Assembly: GCA_023268595.1 (NCBI GenBank)
Contig: JALQUD010000003.1
Coordinates: 1 to 42,683, forward strand
DNA from: Candidatus Saccharimonadia bacterium
Lineage (GTDB): Bacteria > Patescibacteriota > Saccharimonadia > Saccharimonadales > UBA4665
Length of the DNA stretch: 42,683 nucleotides
Reading direction: 5' to 3'
Both the position numbers and the translations under genes were made by a program. Positions within the stretch are counted from its first letter, which is position 1. Every line of letters starts with the position of its first letter. Below, piece by piece: positions 9,251-19,065 of this stretch. Below the pieces are notes generated by a model. The model did not search any database, had not been told where the DNA came from, and was given only the letters and a program-made list of their open reading frames with translations.

Positions 9251-10885
9251 ATGTTTTTTCTACACAAAGACAAACCCAAAGATGACAACCAGCAGGATCA
9301 AAAATCCGCTCCTGCCACCGCGCCCGTCGTAGAACCGGCGGACAGCAACCAGAACCAAGCTACACCGGCAGACAACCCGACCGCAGAAGGACAGGTTCCA
9401 GATGTCGACCTGCTGGAACGGCAGGTCCATGCACTCGCGAACGGCCATCCGGTACCGGAAGCCCCCACGCCGCCTTCGATGGTCGAAGATCATGAAGCCG
9501 ACGCATCAGAACCAATCAAAGACTCATCCCCGGAATCATCGGATATACCGATCATACCCGCCGCACCGGCCTCCGACCCGCAGCACATTGACGGCATGGA
9601 ATATGAACCAGTGATGATCACGCCTGACAGCACCGACCAGCCGGAGCCTCAGCAATCAGAATTACCGGTCATAACATTACCAGCAACGGCCGAGGAATCA
9701 GACGGACCCGTGACGCAGCCGACACCGGCTGAACCGACGACGACAGCGGCCACGGACGAGCCGGTTACGGCCGCACCGCCCGCGGAAGAACCAGCCAAGG
9801 CACCAACTGACGTCCCGGCCATCACTGCCGAATCGACTGTCGCGCAGTGGTTGGACCACCCGGTAGGCGGAGTCATCTTCCGGGACATGCTCAAGCAGGC
9901 CGGTCAGAATGAAAGTGTCGTCAAGATCGTCAGGCACATGCAGATGCAGCGGCTGGTCTCTATGAGCGGCGGCCGCTTTACCCAGGACATGCTCGATGAC
10001 ATGGTCCGCCAGGCTAACGATGGCCAATCCGTAGCCGAGAATATTGAAGGACAACCGGAACCCGCGCCTCACATTCAGGCAGTGGCACCCATAGCCCAGC
10101 CAGCGCCATCAGCAGGGGAGCAAGCCTGGCAGGAACGGCCCACGGTCGGCCGGTTCGACGGCAAGACCATCATCGTGACTGGCGCCGGTTCAGGTATCGG
10201 CAAGGCAGTGGCCAGCCGCATCGTCCGTGAGGGTGGCCAGGTGATTGCCGTCGACATTTCAGAGGAGCGTTTGACCGAGCTGCAGAACGAACTGCCTGGC
10301 TCGTCCGTCAAGACCGTCGCCGGTGACATCACCAGTGAAGGCACCATCGCTACCATCATCAATACGACCGGTGATGCGGTCCATGGCTTGGCCAACGTAG
10401 CCGGCGTCATGGATAATATGACACCGCTGCACGAGATGTCGGATGAGATCTGGAACAAGGTCATGAACGTCAATCTGAACGGTATGATGAAGCTCAGCCG
10501 GGCCGTGTTACCGCTGATGCTCGCCAGCCATAACGGCACCATCGTCAATGTCGGTTCCGAAGCCAGCCTTAAGGCATCGATGGCAGGCACGGCTTACACC
10601 GTTTCCAAACACGCCGTGGTGGGCCTGACCAAGAGCATGGCCTTCATGTACGGCCCAAGCGGCATCCGCACCAACATGGTGGCGCCCGGTGCCGTCATGA
10701 CGAACATTGAAGCATCATTCGCCTCCGACCTTGGTGCTGAGCGAGTCAACAGCATCCTGACGACCATGCCGGCGCCAGCCGAAGCCAGCCACCTGGCAGC
10801 CTCGATCTGCTTCCTGCTAAGTGACGACTCGGTCAATATCAACGGCGCGGTACTTCCGTCCGATGGCGGCTGGTCAGTACAGTAG
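9251..10885 (+). CDS. SDR oxidoreductase with a long Pro/acidic N-terminal extension and a small extra domain
   Basis: C-terminal TGAGSGIG, NVAG, YTVSK, VAPG; first ~190 aa low complexity; SD AGGAG. Confidence 0.85.
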   Translation: MFFLHKDKPKDDNQQDQKSAPATAPVVEPADSNQNQATPADNPTAEGQVPDVDLLERQVHALANGHPVPEAPTPPSMVEDHEADASEPIKDSSPESSDIPIIPAAPASDPQHIDGMEYEPVMITPDSTDQPEPQQSELPVITLPATAEESDGPVTQPTPAEPTTTAATDEPVTAAPPAEEPAKAPTDVPAITAESTVAQWLDHPVGGVIFRDMLKQAGQNESVVKIVRHMQMQRLVSMSGGRFTQDMLDDMVRQANDGQSVAENIEGQPEPAPHIQAVAPIAQPAPSAGEQAWQERPTVGRFDGKTIIVTGAGSGIGKAVASRIVREGGQVIAVDISEERLTELQNELPGSSVKTVAGDITSEGTIATIINTTGDAVHGLANVAGVMDNMTPLHEMSDEIWNKVMNVNLNGMMKLSRAVLPLMLASHNGTIVNVGSEASLKASMAGTAYTVSKHAVVGLTKSMAFMYGPSGIRTNMVAPGAVMTNIEASFASDLGAERVNSILTTMPAPAEASHLAASICFLLSDDSVNINGAVLPSDGGWSVQ

Positions 10886-10921
10886 CCGATTCAGCGCTGA
10901 TGATGCGCAGAGTTCACGATA

Positions 10922-10953
10922 GAAAAGCCGGACAGATATCTGTCCGGCTTTTC
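10922..10953. terminator. bidirectional intrinsic terminator
   Basis: Perfect 32-bp palindrome GAAAAGCCGGACAGAT-ATCTGTCCGGCTTTTC between convergent genes. Confidence 0.9.
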
Positions 10954-10973
10954 ATTTTACCGAGCCAACCGGA

Positions 10974-12125
10974 TCAGCGACGCGGCGGCAGGGTAATCAG
11001 GAACGTCGAACCCTTGCCCGGTGTCGAGGAAACCTGAATCGTGCCATCGTGCAATTCCACCACCTGGTTGGCCCAATAGAGGCCCAGGCCGCTGCCACCG
11101 ACCTCAACCGACAAAGGATTGGCGATGCGCGAGAACTTCTTGAATAGCTTGTCCATGTCTTCGGCAGCGATGCCGACGCCTTCATCACGGACCTCGATGG
11201 TCGTCGAACCGCCCGAGTAGCCTTCGAGCGTCAAGTGGATAGCACCGCCTGGTGGCGTGTACTTGCTGGCGTTCTCGATGATATTGCCGAGCGCCATCGT
11301 GAAATACTCGCTGTCGATATCGGCGTGGATACTGTAGTCAGGCCGGTTATAGTGGACGGTCTGGGAGCGTTCATCGAAAGCAGGGCGCACATCTTTGAGC
11401 ACATCCTGGACCACGTCATGCAGATTCTTGGAAGCCGGCTTGATGACGACTTTATCCAGATCGAGCTGGGCGACACGCAGGATATCATTGACGACCGCCA
11501 GCTGCCGCTCATTACTCTCATACGCGGTGGTCAGCATTTCCATCTGGCCCTTGCTCAATGGTCCGACATAGCCATCCATCAGCATGCCGATATACTGCTT
11601 GACGGCCGTGGCCGGCGTGCGCAGCTGGTGGCTGGCCAGGGCGATGAATTCATCCTTGGAGCGGCCGATTTCCCGTAGCTGTTCAATGCGTTGGGCTTCC
11701 ATGGCCTTGCGCTGTATCGAGTATCTGATGACGCGCGACAGCAATTCGGCGTCAAACGAGCCTTTCACGAGGTAATCCGAAACTCCCAGGTCCATGGCCT
11801 GACGTTCCAAGCCTTCATCGCCGGCTCCGGTCATGATGATGAACGGCTCCACGCGGTCGAACAGGTTGAATTTGCCAAGCAGGTCAAGACCCGTCTCCGC
11901 GCCTAGCCGGTAATCGACCAGATATGCCTGATAACCGCCTTCGGTTATCAGCTGTTCAGCCTTGGCTACGTCAGGTTCCCAGGTTATCTGGAACGGATTG
12001 CCGTGGATTTTACGCGCAATGCGCTCAAGAATGATGAAGTCTTCTTCGTCATCGTCTACCAGCAATACCGGTATGCGGTCCGGGTCGTCCGTCAGGCCCT
12101 CAGGATTTCGCACCGTTTCCACCAT
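10974..12125 (-). CDS. hybrid receiver-histidine kinase (REC-HisKA-HATPase)
   Basis: LLVDDD, LVDYRL, YLVK receiver; SHQLRTP H-box; ENASKY, DEGVG, GSGLGL. Start moved to the ATG at 12125 (GGAGG 11 nt upstream). Confidence 0.9.
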   Translation of the reverse strand: MVETVRNPEGLTDDPDRIPVLLVDDDEEDFIILERIARKIHGNPFQITWEPDVAKAEQLITEGGYQAYLVDYRLGAETGLDLLGKFNLFDRVEPFIIMTGAGDEGLERQAMDLGVSDYLVKGSFDAELLSRVIRYSIQRKAMEAQRIEQLREIGRSKDEFIALASHQLRTPATAVKQYIGMLMDGYVGPLSKGQMEMLTTAYESNERQLAVVNDILRVAQLDLDKVVIKPASKNLHDVVQDVLKDVRPAFDERSQTVHYNRPDYSIHADIDSEYFTMALGNIIENASKYTPPGGAIHLTLEGYSGGSTTIEVRDEGVGIAAEDMDKLFKKFSRIANPLSVEVGGSGLGLYWANQVVELHDGTIQVSSTPGKGSTFLITLPPRR

Positions 12126-12585
12126 GCCCAGCATCCCCTCCCGAAGGCAACTCGACGATTTCGAACCAGTACCGTCCAAGCGCCTGCATGACCTGGATCA
12201 GGTTGTCGAAGGTAACCGGCTTGGTGATGAATGAGTTGACGCCCAGCTTATATGATTTGTAAATATCTTCCTCGGCCTTGGAAGTAGTAAAGACGACGAC
12301 TGGTATGTCACGCAGCTCAGGGTCATCTTTGATCTCGCGTAGGGCCTCACGGCCGTCTTTTCGTGGCATGTTCAGGTCCAGCAGGATTACGCCAGGCCGG
12401 TCTTTGATATCACGGTCGGTATAGTCGCCGCCACAGCGCAGGTACTCGAGCAATTCTTCGCCATCCTTAACGCGGACCAAGTTGTTCAATAGCTTGCTTT
12501 GGGCCAGGGCTTTCTTAGCTAGCAGAAAGTCATCGTCATCGTCATCGGCCATCAGGATGGTTATACGGGATTTGTCGGTTGTCAT
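12100..12585 (-). CDS. single-domain response regulator (Rcp1-like)
   Basis: MADDDDDD, LLDLNMPRKDG, IPVVVFTTS, NSFITKP, YWFEIVELP. Confidence 0.92.
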   Translation of the reverse strand: MTTDKSRITILMADDDDDDFLLAKKALAQSKLLNNLVRVKDGEELLEYLRCGGDYTDRDIKDRPGVILLDLNMPRKDGREALREIKDDPELRDIPVVVFTTSKAEEDIYKSYKLGVNSFITKPVTFDNLIQVMQALGRYWFEIVELPSGGDAGHGGNGAKS

Positions 12586-14276
12586 AAGGTGGGCTCTTTC
12601 TGAGTGTTGCCAGCCTTCGGGCCGGCTACATCTTGAGCCGGCTTGGTGATGACTGCTGCGCAGGGCAGGTTGATGGTGAATACCGAGCCCTCTCCAGGCC
12701 GGCTGTCCGCCGTGATGGTTCCTCCATGGCGTTCTATAATCTTACGGCATACTGCCAGTCCTATGCCAGTACCCTCATAATCATTCTTGTCATGCAAGCG
12801 CTGGAACACGGCGAATATGCGGTCCAGATATTTGGTGTCGAAGCCGACACCGTTGTCGCGTACCCGTATGCTGACGTATGGCCGGTCGTCCAACGTGCAG
12901 TCTGTCGCCGTTATGGTAACGACCGGTGCGATGCCTTTACGATGAAATTTGAGGGCGTTGCCCAACAGATTCTGGAACAGTTGCCGCATCTGCAGCGGGT
13001 CGGCTTCGATGACCGGCAATTCACCGATGTCGACCGTGCCACCGGTCTCGGCGATGCGGGCTTCCAAGTCGGTCGCCACATCGCGGGCTATGACCGTCAG
13101 TTCGACCGGCACGAATGGCTGGGTCTTGGTCGACACACGACTGAAGGCCAGCAGGTCCGAGATCAGCGTGCTCATGCGGGCTGCGGCGCTCTGCATCCGA
13201 TGCAGGTAATCCTTGCCGTCGCCCAATTGCGAAGCATGTTCCTGCTCCAGCAGGTTACCGAAGGCCTGGATTTTACGCAGCGGCTCCTGCAAGTCGTGGC
13301 TGGCCACGTATGCGAAATCCTGTAGCTCCCGGTTACTACGGTTGAGCTCTTCGTTGAGGGCGGTCAGTTTGCGCGTACGCTCCTTGACGCGGTGTTCCAG
13401 GCGATCCTTCATGTCGCGTAGCTCCTGCTCGGCGATCTTGCGCTCACTGATGTCGACGACCACGCCAGGGAAGCGCAGCGGCTTGCCATCCTCATCAGTC
13501 TCAACCCGGCCGCGGGCGATGACCCACCGGACCGTGCCATCACGGCTAACGGTGCGGTATTCTTCCTCGAACGATGCCGCATCGCGTACCGTCTGTGCTA
13601 TCTTGGCGGTCACACGTTCACGGTCACCCTCATGGATGGAAGTAGTGAACACTTCGAGTGGCAATCCGTCCTTGGCCTCGGCTTCGTCGACACCGAACAT
13701 CCGTAACAGGTTGGAATCGGCCACCAGGTTATCTTCTGATATAGTCCAGAGCCAGGTTCCAATCAGACCGACTGCCAAAGCTTCCTGGAGCTGGCGCTGC
13801 GTCTGATCGAGCTTGCGGCTGGTCACGACCTCTTCGGTCACATTGACAGTCGATTGTAGGATGTACAGTAGTGAACCGTCACCATCAAAGATCGGGTAGT
13901 GCGTGGCACGCCAATAGCGCTGCTCCAGCTTACCGTCGGGACCTTTCAGGTCGTAGCGCAGATCCTTCATGGAATCGGCCTTGCCAGTCTTGACGACCCG
14001 ACGCAAGGACTCGATGACATCGCTGACGCCAGTAGCCTTGAACTTCGGTGAACTGTCGGGATAGGCCGTCAGGAAGGGCTTACCGACGACCTGGTTGAGC
14101 GGCAGCATGGCCACGTCGGCATGGGCCTGGTTCTCGGCCAGGATAGTAAAATCGGGGTCATCGCCGGCTATCAGCATGACCGCACCCGGCAGCGTATTGA
14201 ACAACTGCTCGTAATTCACTTGGCCCCGTATAGTACATGTCTTACGGGAAGGATTGACACGATTCTTTTCAGACAT
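12582..14276 (-). CDS. cytoplasmic PAS-PAS sensor histidine kinase (phytochrome-type kinase module)
   Basis: Two PAS/PAC domains; FAYVASHDLQEPLRKI, NALKF, DNGVG, GTGIGL. Start at ATG 14276 inferred from TATACT 6 nt upstream. Confidence 0.9.
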   Translation of the reverse strand: MSEKNRVNPSRKTCTIRGQVNYEQLFNTLPGAVMLIAGDDPDFTILAENQAHADVAMLPLNQVVGKPFLTAYPDSSPKFKATGVSDVIESLRRVVKTGKADSMKDLRYDLKGPDGKLEQRYWRATHYPIFDGDGSLLYILQSTVNVTEEVVTSRKLDQTQRQLQEALAVGLIGTWLWTISEDNLVADSNLLRMFGVDEAEAKDGLPLEVFTTSIHEGDRERVTAKIAQTVRDAASFEEEYRTVSRDGTVRWVIARGRVETDEDGKPLRFPGVVVDISERKIAEQELRDMKDRLEHRVKERTRKLTALNEELNRSNRELQDFAYVASHDLQEPLRKIQAFGNLLEQEHASQLGDGKDYLHRMQSAAARMSTLISDLLAFSRVSTKTQPFVPVELTVIARDVATDLEARIAETGGTVDIGELPVIEADPLQMRQLFQNLLGNALKFHRKGIAPVVTITATDCTLDDRPYVSIRVRDNGVGFDTKYLDRIFAVFQRLHDKNDYEGTGIGLAVCRKIIERHGGTITADSRPGEGSVFTINLPCAAVITKPAQDVAGPKAGNTQKEPTL

Positions 14277-14363
14277 GCTGTCAGTATACGCCAGCCTGGC
14301 CGCCAGACCTGTAAGAAAAGCCACAGACGAGCGACCGGGAAGCACAGTCTTTCACGCGGCCCA

Positions 14364-15941
14364 TTAGTAGATTTCTTCCTGACGGTCGCGGATGAATTTG
14401 ATCCACTGTCTGGCCAACTTAAGTGATGATTTCAATGGCAGCTCAATGCCCAAATCCAGCAAGCGGGCCACCACGTTCACCTGGGCGTATTTGGACGAGA
14501 CCCAACGGCCGATCATGATGAACGGCAGATAAAAGAAGTCGCTGGCGGCCGTCAGCAGGCCGGTGTCGTTTGACACCAGCTCCAGGTCGCGCACCATACG
14601 GCTCAGCCGGAAGCCCAGGAAGCTGGCGGTCGACAGGAACATCAGGAAGATAATGGCCTGTACGAATGAGAAGTCCAGCAGATACAAGGCCGTCGAAGCC
14701 ACGGCCAATGGCACCAGAAAGACTATCGCATAACCGATGCGGGCAGCTGTGCCCATGCGTCTGGGTAGCGCCCGGATCGCGCCCGCCACCGGCGGTTCGT
14801 TAGTGAACAAGGCGCGCTCCATGTAAGCCCGCACGGCTTCGGCGTTGGCTAACGTAGGATGGCTCAGGCTCAGTTTGAGGCTGGCCATGTAAAGCGGCGG
14901 CACCAACAGATTGACTAGCAACGGCACGACAGCCACCGACCCGAATACCAGCAGGTCGTAGGGGATTTCCACCACCAGGCCGATCAGCATCTTGGTCACG
15001 AAGATGAAGATGATGCTTTTGAGCAGTCCGGCGTCCAGCCGCTTACCAAGGTCGGCATACACGCGCGCCAGGTGCAGCATGTACTCATCCATGAAGAGCT
15101 TGCGGTCCTTCAGCAGCTCCGGCAGGTCGTCACGCACAGCCGCCATGCTATTGAGCACGCGCAGCGGTGCACCGTAGCGGCTGACCACCCGCTCCAGGTT
15201 GCGCGTCAGATCAGACCACAACAGGCGGTCAATCTTTTTATTGAACGCCACATAGGCCGACAGGTCCTGCGGCCCTTGGCGGTACAAGCGCAGCAGGTCG
15301 GAGCGCACGAGCGCCCGGTCAGACTTGAGCAGGGTATGGTGGACGGCGATGTACAGACAGATATCATAGTCGGCCTTCTCGTCAGAGTCTTCAGAGCGCA
15401 GGAACTTCTGCTTTGGCAACAGCTTGGAATAGTGGCTGTAGCCAACGTACGCCAGGGCGGTCAGATGGCTGTGCGGGTTAAGCGCTTCCTCGGCGTAGAC
15501 CGAAACGACGTCGAGCAGCCATTCGCCAACATCGTCACGGCCAGCTCCCGCCTCCCGCATCTGCCAATAGGCCGTAGTGTACGTGCGGGCCAGCGTGGTG
15601 ATGCGGTCGGCGACGGCCGAGCTATACAGGTCGTTAGCAAAGTATCCCGCCTGCGTCAGCTCGATGATCAGCTCCTCGCCAAAATTATCCTGGATGTCGC
15701 GCTTGGTTGCCATGGGCAGGTTACGGCCACAGAACCGTCTGACAGCATGCTGCAGGACCAGATGGTCTTCGGTATACTCGGCGGCATTACGCAGCTGTTC
15801 GTAGGCGCTACTGAGTGAACTGCCGATGCCGGGCACATGGATGACCGTGCCTTTATCGCGGATGACACGTTCGGACTTGGTATGCGCACGGGCGGCACGC
15901 AACTGCTCTTGAAGCAGACCGGCAAGATGTTGGTTTGTCAT
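14364..15941 (-). CDS. hypothetical membrane protein (about 4 C-terminal TM helices)
   Basis: 525-aa ORF with a helical soluble N-terminus and hydrophobic segments from about aa 305; AT-rich promoter-like region upstream. Confidence 0.75.
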   Translation of the reverse strand: MTNQHLAGLLQEQLRAARAHTKSERVIRDKGTVIHVPGIGSSLSSAYEQLRNAAEYTEDHLVLQHAVRRFCGRNLPMATKRDIQDNFGEELIIELTQAGYFANDLYSSAVADRITTLARTYTTAYWQMREAGAGRDDVGEWLLDVVSVYAEEALNPHSHLTALAYVGYSHYSKLLPKQKFLRSEDSDEKADYDICLYIAVHHTLLKSDRALVRSDLLRLYRQGPQDLSAYVAFNKKIDRLLWSDLTRNLERVVSRYGAPLRVLNSMAAVRDDLPELLKDRKLFMDEYMLHLARVYADLGKRLDAGLLKSIIFIFVTKMLIGLVVEIPYDLLVFGSVAVVPLLVNLLVPPLYMASLKLSLSHPTLANAEAVRAYMERALFTNEPPVAGAIRALPRRMGTAARIGYAIVFLVPLAVASTALYLLDFSFVQAIIFLMFLSTASFLGFRLSRMVRDLELVSNDTGLLTAASDFFYLPFIMIGRWVSSKYAQVNVVARLLDLGIELPLKSSLKLARQWIKFIRDRQEEIY

Positions 15942-15999
15942 TGCGGATATATCTTATATTATATACCTTTTTATACAGATGTAACGGATGTCGGCGACC

Positions 16000-16929
16000 T
16001 TAATGCCACATGTCGGCAAGCAATCCGTCCAGCTCGCCCGTCTGCTTCCGTAATGCCGCCGCCACATGCTCAAGCACTATGCTGACACCACTATGCAACT
16101 GACGATAGACGATGGCTATCGGACGATGCGCATATCCGTCGCGGCCCACAGGGTGGACAACGAGGGAGTGGTCCCGTAAGCCGTCCTTGACCATAGGGTA
16201 GGGCAACGTGGCGTGGCCCCGGCCTAAGCGGACCAGCCGCAGCATGGTCTGCGGACTGGTAGAGAACATTTCCGGCTCGAACGGCAACAGACTGGCTTGG
16301 TCATAGGCGTCACGTACGATACCGAAGGTGACCGAATCGCGGTGGTAGGCTATCAGTCGCCGGTCCCCGCCCAGGAAGCCGTCTGACCGGCTGACATCCA
16401 CCAGAGCTTCATCTCCGACCATCCGCTGATGTATCGACCGGGGCAGCTCCGCTTCCGGCCGGAAGACCGTGATAGCGAAGTCCAATTCCAACCGGTCGAC
16501 CGCCGCCAGCAACGAACGCGAGTCATTCACCGTCATCGACAACTCATAGGTACGGTCAAGCAAGCCGAACAATGTGGCGTCGTCGCAGATCATATCGGCC
16601 ATGCTGTCGATGGCTCCTATCCGCAACAGGCTGCGCTGCCCGGAAGCCACGGCAAGCTGTTGCCGGAATTCCTGGTCACCACGGAGGCGGTCGCAGGCAT
16701 ACTGGTACGTGGCCTGGCCGGCGGCCGTCACCTCGAAGCGGTTCTGGGCGCGTATCAGCAATATGGCTCCCAGCTGTTTTTCGAGTTTGGACAACGATAC
16801 CGACAACGCTGGCTGCGATAACCTCAGTTGCCGCGAGGCGACCGTGAAGCTGCGTTGCTCGACCAAAACCTTGAAGTGCCGTAGGCGATCATCCATGCTT
16901 GCTTGCGTCCTTTCTGGCCGGTAAGCCAT
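16000..16929 (-). CDS. LysR-family transcriptional regulator
   Basis: LRHF..LVEQRSFTVASRQL.LSQPALSVSLSKLEKQLG..L.IR...T.AG HTH; LRIG; true start could be 16896. Confidence 0.9.
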   Translation of the reverse strand: MAYRPERTQASMDDRLRHFKVLVEQRSFTVASRQLRLSQPALSVSLSKLEKQLGAILLIRAQNRFEVTAAGQATYQYACDRLRGDQEFRQQLAVASGQRSLLRIGAIDSMADMICDDATLFGLLDRTYELSMTVNDSRSLLAAVDRLELDFAITVFRPEAELPRSIHQRMVGDEALVDVSRSDGFLGGDRRLIAYHRDSVTFGIVRDAYDQASLLPFEPEMFSTSPQTMLRLVRLGRGHATLPYPMVKDGLRDHSLVVHPVGRDGYAHRPIAIVYRQLHSGVSIVLEHVAAALRKQTGELDGLLADMWH

Positions 16930-16945
16930 AACCCTAACTATCGCT

Positions 16946-16962
16946 TATAAGTTTTATTTATA
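16946..16962. promoter_or_regulatory. putative LysR recognition box
   Basis: Dyad TATAA-N7-TTATA containing T-N11-A in the AT-rich divergent spacer between lysR and ino1. Confidence 0.55.
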
Positions 16963-17050
16963 GGACTATTCATTTTTTATATTTTTCATTTATAGCTCAC
17001 GACAGGACAATAGGGAAGTACCTAATTTAAGCGTTACGGGAGATTCCCTT

Positions 17051-18169
17051 ATGGCCAAAGCCACGAGCAAGAACGAAAAGCATGGAAAGATCAAAGTCGC
17101 CATCGTCGGCGTCGGCAACTGCGCATCATCACTGGTGCAAGGCATCGAATACTATAAGGATGCTCCGGACGACGGCTTCGTACCGGGCGTGATGCACGTC
17201 CGCTTCGGCGGCTACCATATCCGCGACATCGAGGTCGTGGCAGCTTTTGACGTCAACAGCAACAAAGTCGGCAAGGATGTGGCCGAAGCTATCTACGCCG
17301 AGCCGAATAACACCACGGTCTTTGCCAAGGTGCCTAAGCTTGGCGTCACGGTCAGCCGCGGCCCAGAGCTGGACGGCGTGAACAAATACACCGCCGAGCT
17401 GGTGCCGGTCGACAAGAAGGCCACGGTGGCCGACGTCGCCAAAGTATTGCGCGACAGCGGCGCCGAAGCGGTCATCAACTACCTGCCGGTCGGCAGCCAG
17501 GAGGCCACCGAGTTCTACGCCCAGGCGGCTATCGACGCCGGCTGCGGCTTCGTCAACTGTATCCCGGTCTTTATTGCCAGCAACCCCGAATGGGCTGCCA
17601 AGTTCGAGAAGGCCGGCCTGCCGGTGATCGGCGACGACATCAAGGCCCAGGTCGGCGCCACCATCACCCACCGCACGCTGACCAACCTGTTCCTGGACCG
17701 TGGCATGAAGATTGAGCGGACATACCAGCTCAACACCGGTGGCAACACCGACTTCCTGAACATGCTGGAGCGCGACCGCCTCAAATATAAGAAGATCAGC
17801 AAGACCGAGGCCGTCCAATCGCAGATCGAGGCCCGCGGCCAGACCATCGCCGAAGAGGACATCCACGTCGGTCCGAGCGATTACGTGCCGTGGCAGAAAG
17901 ACAACAAGGTCTGCTTCATCCGCATCGAAAGCAAGCACTTCGGTGACGTGCCGATGAACCTGGAACTGCGGCTGAGCGTCGAGGATTCACCCAACAGCGC
18001 CGGCGTGGCCATCGACAGCATCCGCTGCCTCAAGCTGGCATTGGACAACAAGCTCAAAGGCGCCATCATCGAACCGGCGGCGTACTTCCAGAAGCATCCG
18101 CCCAAGCAGATCGAGGACCGTACCGCCCGCGACCTGGTCGAGCAGTTCATCGGCAAATACGGCAAATAG
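17051..18169 (+). CDS. ino1: myo-inositol-1-phosphate synthase
   Basis: [58 protein letters not shown]. Confidence 0.96.
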   Translation: MAKATSKNEKHGKIKVAIVGVGNCASSLVQGIEYYKDAPDDGFVPGVMHVRFGGYHIRDIEVVAAFDVNSNKVGKDVAEAIYAEPNNTTVFAKVPKLGVTVSRGPELDGVNKYTAELVPVDKKATVADVAKVLRDSGAEAVINYLPVGSQEATEFYAQAAIDAGCGFVNCIPVFIASNPEWAAKFEKAGLPVIGDDIKAQVGATITHRTLTNLFLDRGMKIERTYQLNTGGNTDFLNMLERDRLKYKKISKTEAVQSQIEARGQTIAEEDIHVGPSDYVPWQKDNKVCFIRIESKHFGDVPMNLELRLSVEDSPNSAGVAIDSIRCLKLALDNKLKGAIIEPAAYFQKHPPKQIEDRTARDLVEQFIGKYGK

Positions 18170-18240
18170 ACCGCAGTCGTCGGTATAGTCCGGACGGGTA
18201 TTTCGTGCTAATCTAAGCATAAGCAAGGAATACAACACCC

Positions 18241-19065
18241 ATGGACCAACGACACGGCCTGGCAGAACAGCTGCTCCAGGCATCCGGCGGAGATCTGGCG
18301 GCGGCACTCGATGCCGTCCGCCAGGCCTACGCACCAAGCGACGGACAGCGGCCCGCACCAGCCAGAACACCGCGGCCAGCCAAGCCACTCAACCCGGAAA
18401 TAGCTATCCGCGTCAGCAGCCTGGCAAAGCGTTATAAAGTAGGTAAGAATTCGGTCGATGCGTTGGCCGGCATCGACATGGACATCCACACCGGAGAGTT
18501 CATAGCCCTGACCGGATCGAGCGGCAGCGGCAAAAGCACACTACTCCAACTAATGGGCGGACTGGACAAGCCGACCGAAGGCAGCGTTGAAGTCTTCGGC
18601 CAGCAGCTCAACAAACTAAGCGACGGCAAGTTATCGACCTTCCGCAACCAGACTATCGGCTTCATATTCCAGTTCTTTTATCTGCAGCCGTTCCTGAGCG
18701 TCCAGACCAATATCGAGGTGCCCGCCATGTTCGCTGGTACCAAGCGTGCCCAGCGTGGTCCGCGCAGCCGGGAGCTGGCCGCTACCGTCGGACTGGCTGA
18801 GCGCACCAAGCACCTGCCCAAGGAGTTATCCGGTGGGCAGATGCAACGTGCCGCCATCGCCCGGGCATTGCTGAACCGTCCCAAGCTGTTACTAGCCGAC
18901 GAACCCACCGGCAACTTGGACAGCACCAACGCCATGGCGATTTTCGAACTGTTCCGGACCATCTGCGATGAGCAGGGCACTACCGTCGTAGTCGTGACCC
19001 ATGACCAGCAACTGGCATCCATGGCCGACCGGAGCGTAGCACTCAAAGACGGGAGGGTCATATGA
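18241..19065 (+). CDS. ABC transporter ATP-binding protein (LolD/MacB type)
   Basis: GSSGSGKST, LSGGQMQR, LLADEPTGNLD, VVTHD. Confidence 0.95.
   Translation: MDQRHGLAEQLLQASGGDLAAALDAVRQAYAPSDGQRPAPARTPRPAKPLNPEIAIRVSSLAKRYKVGKNSVDALAGIDMDIHTGEFIALTGSSGSGKSTLLQLMGGLDKPTEGSVEVFGQQLNKLSDGKLSTFRNQTIGFIFQFFYLQPFLSVQTNIEVPAMFAGTKRAQRGPRSRELAATVGLAERTKHLPKELSGGQMQRAAIARALLNRPKLLLADEPTGNLDSTNAMAIFELFRTICDEQGTTVVVVTHDQQLASMADRSVALKDGRVI

Noticed and set aside
17129..17938. Long antisense ORFs over ino1, and similar ones over the kinases, GT2, dinB and gnd
   Set aside because: Shadow ORFs expected from high GC at third codon positions; no motifs or initiation signals.
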